A stretch of DNA of 64,000 bases from Podarcis gaigeae (Eukaryota), in the NCBI GenBank assembly GCA_964106915.2, contig OZ066914.1, one strand, 5' to 3'. The notes under the pieces are model-generated. The model did no database searches. It saw nothing but the letters and a program-made list of their open reading frames with translations, and had not been told where the DNA came from. Below, one piece after another: positions 39,267 through 52,095 of this stretch (its first letter is position 1; each line of letters starts with the position of its first letter). The position numbers were made by a program, and so were the translations under genes.

Positions 39267-40460
39267 TGTTGTTGTTGTTGTTGCTGCTGCTGCTGCTGTT
39301 ATACCACCCTTCATCTTTAGATCCCAGAGTGGATCACAACATAAAAATGTATAAATGTATAAAAAATAACAAAATACATAATAAACATAAGAACAAAAAC
39401 AAACCAATACTCCCCCCTCCCACAACACACTTGAAAGCATATTGGATGTTAATCTGCCAAAGCAATTTATCAAAATGTAAAATGTGCCCACTTTGATACA
39501 ACTACCATTTCATAGATTGTCTAGATTGGTAGAAAAGAAATACTCATTAATGAAACTATTTGTTAAAACATTATGACAGCAATCGCTAATGTGGCACCCT
39601 GAGACCTCATTGCACTACAGTTCCCACCAGTCCCAGCCAGCATGACCCACGGGCAAGGATGTTGGAAGTAGCAGTCCAACATTTGTCTAGCCCTGCATCA
39701 CAAATACGCTTGAGGACATTTATTTGCATTCCAATACATAGATTGCGTAAAATACATTATCCTTCAAGCAGCCAAACGTCTGTGCATTTTCGGATATCCA
39801 GTTTCACTGCTGACTTTATGCTCCGCTCAAGCACCACCACTAGTCCCAGTAAAATGAAACATCAGGCCAAATTTTCCTCTCAATTACACTTCTGCAACAG
39901 CATTTTAGTAGTCAAGGTTTTATTCCCACATAAATTCGATTTCATCGGCATTTGAAGAGAGCAACAGAGACAATGGCTGACTAGTTGATTTCAGATTTAC
40001 ATTCTCTAAATACAAGGGCATATGGTCTGACTTGGAGGGGGATATCAAGTGCTCACCAAAGCCAGACACAGTTCATGAAGAGGAGTGTAAAATAGCACAT
40101 CAGTGGCTTGGTCACAGTCATTTAACATCTGCTACACTCATGTTAATTCAAGTTGGACATCACACGAAAGAACGGGGGGGGGGTCACAAATGCAAACTAA
40201 GGCAACTGCTCAGGAAATGATGTTGCATGTGAGGCCTGAGTTTCTCTGACACTGGAAACCCCACCCCCACTTTTTTAAAGGGGGAGTGTAACCTCTGCTG
40301 CATCTTCATTGGGTTGCACTGAACTTTCAAGCAGGATCCCCACCCCCCAGTTTCAAAGGAGATGGGAAAGTGTCCCAAACATACAGAAAAAGCTTGCATA
40401 CCTTTTTGTGAAAGGTATATATACAGCTGTCGTCTTCCTGCCTCATCTGCTGTTTGGGCA

Positions 40461-40498
<38 letters not shown>

Positions 40499-40661
40499 AA
40501 AAGGCAGCTTTCTTTCTGAACCCAGCCAATCATGGATCACAGAACAATGAAGTGACATCATATCAACATTTGGCAATTCAGATTCGTCCGTATAATGAGA
40601 TCACAAAGGCAAATCAGAGTGAGAATATTGTCCTAATTCCAAATGGCACCATGTTGTAGGA

Positions 40662-40797
40662 CAGGCATGCCCAACCTGCGGCCCTCCAGATGTTTTGGCC
40701 CAGAACTCCCATGATCCCTAGCTAACAGGACCAGTGGTCAGGGATTATGGGAATTGTAGTCCAAAACATCTGAAGGGCCGAAAGTTGGGGATGCCTG
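40662..40797. mobile_element. Palindromic hAT-Charlie-like MITE (136 bp)
   Basis: Perfect TSD ttgtagga (40654-40661, 40798-40805); same core as the 21386 copy, in opposite orientation. Confidence 0.9.
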
Positions 40798-41750
40798 TTG
40801 TAGGACATTGGGAAGAGGGAAGCCTGCCCTAAAAGAGACTGAAAGCATCTCATTGCTTAGCGTAAATTGTGGCAGCAAAGTCATCTGGTGGATTGGGGAG
40901 AGGACTCTGAATGACATCTCACTCCAGCATCCTCCCTCTTTTGCTGCCACCCTCACCTTTTATAGTGGTAAGTCCATTGTTTGATATTATTCATGAGCTT
41001 CTGGATTCATCACTGATCATATTAGTGTGAACTGCTTTGAGAACCATTATACAAATGCTAGTCAAGACTCACTTTCTATCCAGTTCTAATTTAATTTCCA
41101 TCAAGAAAAATCCTAACAGTTGGATGTGCAAATTCTTGCATATGCTGCCAAAGGGGGAGGGAGGTCGATGGTGCTGGATGTGCAACGCTGTAGAGTTTTG
41201 TGCCCAAAGCCTGCAAAGAGCACCAGGGGAAACTGACAAGGGAACACAGCAACAACCACCCCTAACCCTCTCTCTATAGCTAGTGCTGAAAAATCTCTCA
41301 CCGTAAAAGTGAAAATGGAAAGGGATTTAAAACACCATGACAGTTTCACCTCTAGACTGAAGGCATTTCTCCCAATGCAAACTTATCAGTTTCATCTTTC
41401 CTCCGAGTGAGGAGACCTCGCAAGGGCACAATGCTTACCTAGGTTCCGTTCCCCTTGGAAGGAGGTCGCCAGAGGCTGACTGTCATTTTGTCATATTCAG
41501 CTGGTTTACAAATATGCAGGTTGAGCATGAGCTGGAGGCTCAGCTTCAGCATTCTAACATACAGCCGCTGCTCCCCTATCAGATCTCCAAGGGAAACAGC
41601 TGGCAACCTAAGCATCTAACAGAGGGGCGGGGACCCTCTGCTCAAATGTGGCTCTGCAGCCTTTTCGGTCTGGCTCTTCAGACTCTGCCCACACTGTTCA
41701 ACTGGGCTGCAGCCTTCACTGGCCCTGCTCTGTGCCCTGAGTGCTTCAAA

Positions 41751-41892
41751 GAACCATAAAATTGTAGAGCTGGAAAGGACCCAAGGGTCATCTAGCCCAA
41801 CTCCTTGCAATGCAGGAATCTTTTGCCCAATGGGGGCTCGAACCCATGACCCTGAGGTTAAGAGTCTCCTGCTTTACCAGCTGAGCTATCCC
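41751..41892 (-). mobile_element. SINE with a tRNA-Lys(CTT)-derived head and CR1-derived tail
   Basis: 41825-41892 on the minus strand reads gggatagctcagctggtaaagcaggagactCTTaacctcagggtcatgggttcgagcccccattgggc; the remaining ~70 nt match the CR1 3' end at 48601-48666. Confidence 0.85.
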
Positions 41893-44743
41893 TGTAGTAG
41901 AATGTGTTCAGGAAGTTCAGTAACGCTTTCCTGGATGGAGCATTGGGGTGGGGTGCAGAAACTAGCCTACTGTACAAACGTCACATTTACATTTGTTGCT
42001 CCACCCACATTTCCTTCTGGCCCCACCCACCACGAGCATGGGGCCTTCCGAATGTTGCCCAGAAGGGAACATGGTCCTTTGGCTGGAAACATTTCCCCAA
42101 ACCTTTGGTAAGAGAACACAACTTCAGCTCTCTATTATCTCTTTCCCTTTCTTCAACCCTGTCTGACTCAAACTGTTTACGCAGACACAATGCTTCCTTC
42201 TCCTGGTCAGAGGGCTGGCAAATCTCCTCTGACTCTCACCAACGCTCCTTGGACCATTTTATTCATGGAAAACACCTGCTTAATATTTCAGGCTATTGGA
42301 CGCTCTTTTGTCAAGTCCCAGACTCTCACACACTATTGCCCCCAGGCCAACCTAGGCTCACAGAAAACCCGCTTACAGAAACCTAATAGGAAACACAAAA
42401 CAACATAATTTTCTGAGTTCAAGCAAAACATTGGGCTTTGTTTAGTTCTCAGCACAAAGATGAAACTGAGTAACTTGAGGTGGAGAAGCCCCTTCACTGT
42501 CGAGGCAATATTTGACAAGGGGGTTCAAGTTTTTTGTCAGTTTCTCATCTATGGAAGGAAAAGGGCAAGCTGGGATGGAAGAGCTTAATAACTGGGTCAG
42601 CAATGCAATGCGGGATTCACAGGAGGAAAACACAGGGACCAACAGCAACAGTACCACAGTTTGTTAACTTTTGCTGATCATAATATTCAGGGATTCCGGG
42701 TAACACAACACATTTCCCATTTCGTCCTATTTTCTTCTGTCAACGATTTAGGCAGAGCCGGCATCCATTCAAACATTCACCCATTCATTCAGTTTGTTAT
42801 CAATAATAATACGCTGGGAGACTTAAAACAGAAACAATAGATGCAATAAGGGTTGTTGGAAGCAGGGCTACAAGGCACTTGAAGCAGGTGAATACTTGAA
42901 TACTTGAAGCTAATACTCTTTAAAGATATATGAATGCATGAGTACGTTATATACACAACCTTCATGAAGACTTGCATGACAAAGGTGTATAAAATTATGG
43001 TGTGAAGAAAGCAGAATATTTTCTCCTCTCATAATACTAAAATAGGAGTCATCGGATGAAGCTAAATGGTGGGAGATCAGAGCAGATAAAAGGCAGCACT
43101 TCTTCACATTGTGTGTAGTTAAACTGTGGAATTTTCTACCATATCACGAAAGTAACATACAAAAATGCATTATGAGAAACTGCTTGAAAAGAAATGTGTA
43201 CTAGGATAAATTCTCACTAAAATGCTGAAGGATTTTCATTGCTGCAGAAATTTGAAGAACTAAATTTAAGATTGTAAAAAATGCAAATGTTGGGGAATGG
43301 AAATGGGCAGATTTGTCCCCCATCCCTCGCTATGGCTAAAGCCATTTTGCCATGCCCAATTACCCATAGGGGTGAGTCAGCTCAGCACGGAGCTAGAAGA
43401 AGCAGAGAATGCAATAACTGAGTTGTACTGGGCAGATCCATATAGAAGGGTCAATGCAGAGACAGAATCAATTTCAAACAGAGCTGTTTAGACACTGTAC
43501 ATTGAAAATACATCCCCCCAGGTCTGCGTGCACACCATACATTTGTGTGCGCAAAGCACATTTATAGTGCAATTTCCCCTCAAAAAATAAATAAATCCTG
43601 GAAACAGTAGTTTAAGGAGGCTGGGAACTGTCATTCCTTGAAGGGTAAACTGCAGTTCCCAAGATTTTTTGGAGGTGGGAATGTGCTTTAAATGTGTGGT
43701 GCATGTGCAACCAAGGAAAGTCTGCCCGAAGGGGAACTGGAATGAAGATACAGATAGGCAGGATGATGAGCAGGGGAACAGAGGTGCTGGGAAGCTGGGA
43801 AGGGATCAGGTAAGCAGAGCAACAGAAGACAAGCAGGCATGCAGCTGGCAGGTGGGAACAAGAAACAACCAGCGTTATAAGGCACTTCCTTATCTGGTAA
43901 CAACAGTCAGGTTGGGAACTTGAAAAGTATCCAGCATAGGGTCATATTTGAGCAACTTAATGCTTTTATGTAAAAAAAAATATTAAATCAAATTCAGTAA
44001 TCTTGTTAGGATTGGTCAAATCCAGGCCTATCAAAAGGAGTAAAATCATCTTTCGCTTAAGTAGCAACAAGTATCACTATAAGTTGGTCAACTCAATATA
44101 CACATACACAACTTTAAAAATAATCAGATCTCATGAAAAGAAATGCATGCTCCTGGTGGACAGGGGAGCATTCAGTAGACTTTTAACTTTATTTGAGTAG
44201 ACTATACAGCCTAAGCAGTTTAATAAATCTGCACACTTTCCACACACAGAAAAGTGGGATCATTTGATTTTAATATGTGTTGCTAATTTGCTTCACCCTT
44301 AGCAGTAACAGTGCAATAAACAAATGAGCCCTTGGGTCTGCAAAGATGTGCTTGCAATAGTCTCCTAGATGGATGACATCGTTATTATATGGCACTGCTA
44401 TGCCCCAAAAAGGTTCTTGCCCCTTTTTATATCTGTTTTATTACTGATGTGCTTTATGATCTCTGTGGCTGCTATTTTTCCTTTCCAGCCTCTCTGTGGT
44501 AGGCTTAACTGTATAGAGTCTGCTTTATATCTAATTGTTGGCCTTCCTAATTCTTAAGATGTTGTGATTGCTGTAACTCATGTTTTACCTTGTATGGGTT
44601 GCTCATTTTTGCCTGTACCCAAGTTCAGCAGGTGAAACGCTGGCTCTGGGCATGGAAGGCAGCAATTTGAAAAGTTTGTTACTAGTCATTTACTTAGGGC
44701 ACTTCATCTGTCTTCCATGATGGAACTCAAGGCAGCATCCACA

Positions 44744-44806
44744 GAGTTCTCATGGGGCCTCCCATCTAAGCACTGGTCAAACGCAGACCTGCTTAGCTTC
44801 AGCAAG
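44744..44806 (-). mobile_element. 5S rRNA-derived SINE fragment
   Basis: Minus strand gaagctaagcagg...agtgcttagatgggaggcc resembles the 5S internal control region (gaagctaagcaggg...tagtacttggatgggagacc); second fragment at 46599-46650 (+). Confidence 0.6.
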
Positions 44807-46648
44807 CCCTGGGATTGATGTTGCAGTATAGAAAGCAAATAAGGTATAGAAGGTGGGGGGGACAATAGCCTGCTATTGGCCACAGCCTAGAGCAGGGGTG
44901 GAAGACAACTCCTATCATCCGCAGGAACTGATGGGATTTGGAGTCCAGCAGTATCAGGAGGGCACCAACTTATAATGGAAGCATGGACTAGAGGGATCAC
45001 ATGTATCAATATGCCAGGCAACACAGGGCTAGAAGGCTGGATATGGAAGACAGACAACCGGCTTGAATGGTGATAAGACAGAGAAGGATGAGAGATGGCC
45101 TCTGGGACAGGAAAATTGGGATCAGTTTCATGTTTCCAGCAGCAAATAGAAACTGAGAGAGGAATGCAACGGAATAAATGCAATGGAATAAATTGCATGG
45201 TGAGAATCTCGATTTTTCCACTGGTATGTGGAAATCTGGATCACAATTCAAGAGGCAAAGCAGCCTCTCAGTCCTTCTGTAGTAATGGAGGTGTGAAGAG
45301 GACCCAGGAAGGGATGGCTCAAAGTCTGTCAGTAAAATGCCCCCGGTGGCTCCTGCCTATATCTTTAGGCCCCAACAGGCTTACCTGGTGGTCTTACCTG
45401 GCAGAAGCAATAGCAGCAGCGCTTGGTGGCTTGGAGCCACGTTTTCAATTTCCCACAATGCCCCAGGGTGACACTAAGGCAGGGCACTGTGGGAAATTAA
45501 AATGGTGGCTCTAAGCTACACCATGTGGAGTGACCAGAGCAGGTATAGGAGTGGGCCTTCCCAGGCAGGGGCTTGGAACTTGTCCATGGGTGTCACAGGC
45601 TGACGCCAGCCCCAGAAAACAATATGATAGAAGTGGACTGTTTAGTCTACCCAAGGGACAGCAATAGATCGTAAAAATCCCTTGCAAGTTGCAAGTCAAA
45701 GAGGCAAGCTTAGTGTTTTTCCAATGATCATATTATCTGTCTCCTTTGAGCATTTCAGCAGCTTCCACACAGCATCCCTCATATTTTATCCCACATTTTG
45801 TGAGTCCCAAAGCTGCTATGAACAGAAGCATGCGTGATCTTTTTATATCGTTACTGAGTAGTTTATCATTTCACTGTTCCTCAATTTCAGGTTGCAATTC
45901 TCCTGTTCAATCATCCAATTACAGAACAAAAGCTCTATGAATCTGCTTACATTAACAGTTCCTCACTATGAATAATCAATATGCAATAGCTGCTACGGAA
46001 TAGTTACAAACCCCACTGGTGGGGATAGGGGGGTGGGCACACAGAATAAAATTAAACAAAAATTACACACCCAAGCGATGCCATTAAATTGATCACCTAT
46101 ATCCTGTCTTAATAAATACTCTTTTCCCGTTAAGTGTTTTTATACTTTTTAGAGCTTTTTAATTGCGCTGTTGTTCACATCCTTGTGATTATCACAGTGC
46201 ACAGGTGTTTTATAAATACAAATCATCATTAAACCTCTTATATTTTACAGCCCAATCCTTAAAAGCAGTCTGCCAATGTAAGCCCCGTTCCATTCAACCA
46301 CATATGTGTGAACGGAATGCTTTGCCATTCAAGCTGTAAGTTATTTCCCCCCAAGGGCCCTCTGTGTGTTAGAAGCACAGTCTTGGTATAACTGATTTTC
46401 CAATTTTCACATTACAAAGTAATGGGAAGCAGAATGAGAGCTTTCATTTTGCTTCCCCATAAACGTGGACCTATTTCAAAAATTGACTGTAAGCAGGAAC
46501 TCCTGTAATTAAGCTTCCATTGCAGTTGCTCTGTTTCTTTTTCTTGCTGGTATCCTTGCCGGATCTCGGTGGGGAAAAGCCTGTAGTCATATGATGAAGC
46601 TGAAGCTAAGCTGGCCTTGGTCTGGGTCAGTGCCTGGATGGAAACTGG

Positions 46649-46650
<2 letters not shown>

Positions 46651-46679
<29 letters not shown>

Positions 46680-46692
46680 CTTCTTCTTCTTC
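46651..46692. repeat. (TTC)14 microsatellite
   Basis: Direct observation. Confidence 0.95.
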
Positions 46693-46959
46693 TGTGATTC
46701 CTCTGAGTGGCTTGCCCTAGCTCGGGTTGCCCTAGCTTCCGACAAAATTAAAAACAAAAAACCCCTCAAACATTCAAAAATTTCCTTGAAACCTGGTCCA
46801 TATTATGCATTTAAAGCACATGGCTTCCCCCCCCCCCAAAGTATCCTGGGAATTGTAGCTTGGCCCTCACAGAGCTACAATTCCCAGCACCCTTAACAAA
46901 TCACAGTTCAGATGATTCTGCAGTGGGAAATCAAGGACTTTAAACACATGGCATAGAGC

Positions 46960-47051
46960 CTGATTTCTGTTCTTTTCCTGAAGCAAAGTTCTTAACCTGA
47001 AGCACTATTTCTAGGTGTAACCTGAAGCGTATGTAACCTGAGGTACCACTG
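46960..47051 (-). mobile_element. Partial Tigger-like MITE, family A
   Basis: gcaaagttcttaacctga...gtaacctgaggtaccactg|ta matches one end of the family. Confidence 0.7.
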
Positions 47052-48018
47052 TATGTACAATTGCATTTTATAAATTTTTATTCTTCCTCCCTACAGGCTA
47101 CACACCCGACTGGTCCTGCTCAGAGCCTCCCTTGCATGCTTTTGCTTTTTTTAAGATGAGCAAAATTCCTTATGTGGTGTTTACAAAGCAAAATGTTAAC
47201 CATAGCCGTTGGGCTGTAAGTCAGAGCTGGAACTAAAACAACCTTTGCAAAACTGATGGCCTCCAAATGTTTCGGACTACAACTCACATCAGTTCCAGGC
47301 AGCCAGATTATAAACCCACCAGCGACCAATCCAGTGAGGAGGACAAGGCTGAACTGCCCTGTGTTTTGCAGGAAGAAAAGCTATGAAATTTCACAAAAGA
47401 AATTTCATTTCTTCAAGGCTTCAATTAAATTTTCTGTGCTGGGCTGATATTATTTGTTACTATTCCCTTTTGTCTGGAGAGGGGGAAAAATATTCAACCA
47501 GTGTTTCCTACCTGTCAAAACATATAGCTCTGAAACATGCTTTTCTGACAACAAACATGGCTGAGAATCTCCAAACAGCCCAGTGTGCTTGGAGAAGATG
47601 CATGCTGAGCATCACAAATAAAAGTTGGAGAAGTGAGTGGGGAGGGAGGGGAGAGAGGGAGAGGGAGAATGGAAGGTTAGATGGAAAGAGAAAAGCAGAT
47701 GACATGCTGGAATTTTTTTGGAACAAATAAGAAGAATATAGTACAAATCACATAAACATCTGATCAGAGATGGGCAAAAGCAATATCTGAGTAGATGTCC
47801 ACAATCTAGATACGGAAGAAAAATACTCCTAATTTAGTTCAAATTTCAATATTTATCATGGACACACATTAGTGCTTACTAAGCTGCAATAAAAGGATCT
47901 TCGTCACCCAAAAGTGATCTCCAATTAAGATCAGAGGAGGGAATAGCTTGATGGTGATGGAGATACCATTGGACTTCCTACATCTTAGCATAGAAACCAG
48001 AAAAGTGTCAGTCATGAG

Positions 48019-48368
48019 TAGGGGTGGGAAAGAAGTTCAGTTCACATTCAAATGAGGATTTACTTAATTTGCACTTTCCGAACCAATATGCTGACTGGAA
48101 CACAGGCCTCCTTTCGAAATTTGCACTTCTCTGAATTTTGCAAAGCACTTCTCCAGATACATAAAGTGTACAAAAATACACATACTAGGGGAAAGCGTTC
48201 ATCAAAAATGTCTATAATAGGAAAAACTGCATACATTGGAAGAAATTTGCAGGAAAATTGGTGCATCTTCATGAGGGCATTTTTTAAACAGATGTGGAGA
48301 ATTGGACTTGAGACTGGGGGAAATGAGAAACTGATAGAAACCAAAATGAACAGATTCACTCACCCCTA
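48019..48368 (+). mobile_element. hAT-Ac-like MITE (TAGGG termini, 350 bp)
   Basis: Termini taggggtg / caccccta; TSD gtcatgag / gtcgtgag; related copies at about 15530-16201, 22628-22850 and 59040-59600. Confidence 0.8.
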
Positions 48369-48600
48369 GTCGTGAGTTCCTTCTGAAAAAAGCTGACCAG
48401 CTCCAGCTCTTATATTCCTGGAATTTCTGCAAACCTCCACTTAACCTTCAGCCATTGCTCCCACTCCCTAAATTGTATGAGTCTGATGTCCCTCACTTCA
48501 GAATAACGCAGCCCTTACCTTGAGGAACTTGTAATCTATATTTAGCAGGGTGGTGGGAACCCTTTAGCTTAAAAAACCTAAAGGAGAACAATTTTAAAAT

Positions 48601-48960
48601 TCATAGAATTGTAGAGTTGGAAGGGACCCTGAGGGTCATCTAGTCCAACCCCCAATGCAGGAATCTAAGCTAAAGCATCCATGACTGATGGCCACTCAAC
48701 GTCTGCTTAAAAACCTCTAAGTGACCACAACCTCCCAAGTGAGTCCATTCCACTGTCAAACAGCTCTTGCTGTCAGAAAGTTCTTCCTGAAGTTTAGCCA
48801 GAATCTCCTTTCTTGTAAATCAAATCCATTGGTTTGAGTGCTACTCTCTGGAGCAGGAGAAAACAAGATTGCTCTATCCTCCATATGACCGCCCTTATGA
48901 TATTTGAAGATGTCCATCATATCTCCTCTCAGTCTTTTCTTATCCAGGCTAAACATACCT
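48601..48960 (-). mobile_element. CR1 LINE 3' fragment
   Basis: Peptide FSLDKKRLRGDM..IFKY..NGFDLQERRFWLNFRKNFLT; attctatga-type 3' terminus. Confidence 0.9.
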
Positions 48961-49096
48961 CAGTACCTGTACACTGAGTTGGAATTACATTACTAAGAGC
49001 ACACTAGGCACATCTAAACACACACACAGTCTCCCAGCACTTATTCCCATGAGCCTTTGCAGCCTGCTGTGCCACTTTGCAATGCAACTGAGTATT

Positions 49097-49554
49097 GTGA
49101 GTCGAGGACCCTTCGCTCGCTTAGGGATAAATAAGACACAAGGACGCATTTATTTTAGGTTAATGGGCTAAAGGCCACAACTTTATTGGTTACAGCATGT
49201 GAGAGGTATTGGCTTAGGCATTGGATCAAACGATCTATACATGACTCTACCCTGCTCAGTGGGGAGTCATTCGAAGGTTAACAACCAGTGGGAGGAGCTT
49301 GTTGATGCAAATACAACTGGAAGCTTCCCCTGATGTCACCAGGGGTCATGTCACGGCTCTATCCACCAGCAGGGCATCAAACAGGATCCACGACCATAGG
49401 ATTCCTTTAACGGAATACCAACAATGGGAGGGGTAGGTGATGGCCACAACCTGCCCTCCTCCCGATGACACATATTCCAATGCCTAACCGCCACTCGAGC
49501 CGAAGAGGCTTGCCACCAAATACCCTCATGGCTGCATCTAATCCCTAATGCTAC
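49097..49554 (-). mobile_element. 458-bp LTR-like insertion flanked by a 20-bp direct repeat
   Basis: ttgcaatgcaactgagtatt at 49077-49096 and 49555-49574; left edge reads tgtgag; minus-strand AATAAA near 49182-49187; no ORF and no poly-A tail. Confidence 0.6.
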
Positions 49555-49770
49555 TTGCAATGCAACTGAGTATTAGGAGATGGGCAAATTCGTATTCTGA
49601 GCTAGACACAGTTGACTACTTCAACATGACTACTTCAATATAAATCACTTGCTTATGAAAACTGAATGCTCCTTATATCATTTCAACGTGCTGATTATTA
49701 ATATCACCAAGTCTACACTTTGTAAGATTGTAAGATGTCACCTGCTGGATTCGTCCAAAGGCTCACCTAG

Positions 49771-49918
49771 TCATAGAATCATAGAACTGCAGAGTTGAGA
49801 GGGACCACAAGCACCATCTAGTCCAAATCCCTGCAAGTCAGGAATCTTTAGCCCAATGTGGGGCTTGAACCCATAACCCTGAGATTAAGGGTCTCATGCT
49901 CTACCCCCTGAGCTATCC
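49771..49918 (-). mobile_element. Second copy of the tRNA-Lys/CR1-tail SINE
   Basis: Same head-tail junction (caggaatcttt.gcccaa) and a (ttctatga)n tail. Confidence 0.8.
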
Positions 49919-50498
49919 AACATCCTGTTCTCACAGTGGCTAACCAGATGCCTACAGCAAGCCCACAAGCCAAACCTGATCACAACAGTACTCTTCCCTG
50001 CATGTGATCCCCCTGCTGCTGGTATTCAGAAGCAAAGCTCCTCTGACAGTGGAGACACAGTATTTAGGTTCACTGGGTCTACTCTGAGTAAATGTTAGTT
50101 GAATACAACCCATTGTGTGCACACATACAAAAACACATACTGCACACATTGGGATACCAATGTCTCTTGTACCTTGAAATGAAGTTTTGGGCAGCCCTGT
50201 CTGTCTGGGAGGATGATATACTCTGGGTCTTTACACACCCATTGTCCTCCTTCTTCCTGTGCTCACCTCCTGGTGAAGCAGCCAATATACAGGCCATCTT
50301 CTCCTTGGCCATTTCCTCATTGTCTCTAAATAGAGCACAGCAACCCAGACGTGGTTCCTGAGGTCAGGAATGCCCATCACAGGACAACTGGGTCTCATCA
50401 ATGAACTTACAGCAGCCCAGCTGCCTCAGTGACCCACCAAGAACAACTATTGCTAGCAGCCATGTCTTCATGTTCATGGCTGCCCCTGTGGGTGAATG

Positions 50499-50644
50499 CA
50501 GTGGCGTAGCGTGGGGGGTGCAGGGGAGCCGACCACACCGGGCACAACATCTTAGGGTTAGGGTTAGGGGGCGCAAATCCACGGGTTAGGGGGAGCAAAT
50601 TTCTTGCCTTGCCCCAGGTGCTGACAACCCATGCTACGCCACTG
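50499..50644. mobile_element. hAT (Tip100-like) MITE carrying TTAGGG repeats (146 bp)
   Basis: Perfect TSD ggtgaatg (50491-50498, 50645-50652); TIR cagtggcgtagc / gctacgccactg; (TTAGGG)3 at 50552-50569 and one more at 50586-50591. Confidence 0.9.
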
Positions 50645-51958
50645 GGTGAATGTCAGATTGCTGCTTTGCCCAGATGGTTGCTGCAGGCTGAATGGGGCTT
50701 TCCTCGTGGGCAGGGACACTCCCTGAGAGAGGAAGTCTAGGAAGATCCTCTGTTATCTATCAGTTCCAGTATTGTCTCGTATGACTGGAAGCAGCTCTCT
50801 GGAGTCTCAAGTAAATGAGATCCCTTTGCCTGAAGATGCCAGGATTGGACCTGGGATGCATTACATGGCCCCATCTAGAAGAAGCCAGATGCAACTCCTT
50901 ACTTTTACAACCTCTACACTATTTTAACTGGGAAAGCAATGAAGCAATTACGTTACTTATAGATAACAAATCATAGAAAACAAATTATCTGCAAGTTGGA
51001 TGCTCACAGGGAATTTTCCTTGGCACACAAACACAAACAGATATATATATATATGTATATATACAGAAACATTTTGAAAATGGATAATAAAATGCTTCCG
51101 TTTTTTGTTGTTGCATGCTGTCAAGAAGGTCTTAATGTGTGCTTGTTTCGAGAATTATTTTTCTCCCCTGCTCTTTGTTTGCTAAAGTAGCTTAGCAGCA
51201 GTAATAAAGAGTGGAAGCATCAGCTTCAGTGCACCAACAAAATGAGCATTCACAGAAACTATTTTCCTTCACAATATATAGAGAGCTCCTTTCCTCCTTC
51301 TTCTTCTTTCCCTTCTCTCTGTCTCTCTCATGGTTTCTGGGCTATCTTTTTTTAGGGTATCTCTCTAATTTCATTGAGACTGCTCTGCTGAGGTATGGTA
51401 CTATAGTTCAGTAGCAATAGGAAAGTTAGCCCGAAAGAGCCAGCTTGAAACTACCGCAAACTGTTTTCACTTCTTATGTTTAACATTTCATCTCAAAGGG
51501 CTCTTTGCTCTTTCTGTGAGTTACAAGACATTACTTTGTCTCTATTGTGCTTTACTGTTCTAAGGTGCCTCATTGACGGCAGTGAAGTAGACTACAGTGT
51601 GCCAACTGGAGGCTGGCAAAAGTTTTAAAAAAATTTGGTTGAACTTAGCCTACACCCCTCAGGAGCTCTCACTGATACAGGCACACAGTCTTTCCCTTAT
51701 GCTGCCCTATTATGATTGATGTGGGGTGATAATATGCATATGTCTATTTAACCAGACACAGTGTCATTAATCATGGCACCCCAGGTTGTACCTCTATATA
51801 GTTTCACCTTTGGCAATAAAAGGAATCCCAGAATGCTACATTGTTGTAGCTGGCAGGTTAAAAAAATCTCACCTAACCTTTACCAGGGGGTCCCAGCGCA
51901 GGTTACAACAATTTTAAAATACGATATTAAAACAGTTAAAGACAATTACAGTCTAGAG

Positions 51959-52095
51959 CAGGGTTTCCCAAACTTGGGTCTCCAGCAGTTTTGGGGACTA
52001 CAGTTCCCATTGTCCCTGACCACTGGTCCTGCTAGCTAGGGATGATGGGAGTTGTAGTCCAAAAACAACTGGAGACCCAAGTTTGGGAAACCCTG
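51959..52095. mobile_element. Palindromic hAT-Charlie-like MITE (137 bp)
   Basis: Perfect TSD gtctagag (51951-51958, 52096-52103); TIR cagggtttcccaaacttgggtctccag. Confidence 0.92.

Noticed and set aside
38782-39496. Overlapping 100-166 aa ORFs
   Set aside because: They span nested MITEs and microsatellites.
41825-41892. Functional tRNA-Lys gene
   Set aside because: Acceptor stem is truncated/mismatched and it is fused to a CR1 tail; it is a SINE head.
44744-44806. 5S rRNA gene
   Set aside because: Only a degenerate internal fragment; no full-length 5S.
46551-46559. U12-type donor-like gtatccttg
   Set aside because: Imperfect, isolated and with no associated exon.
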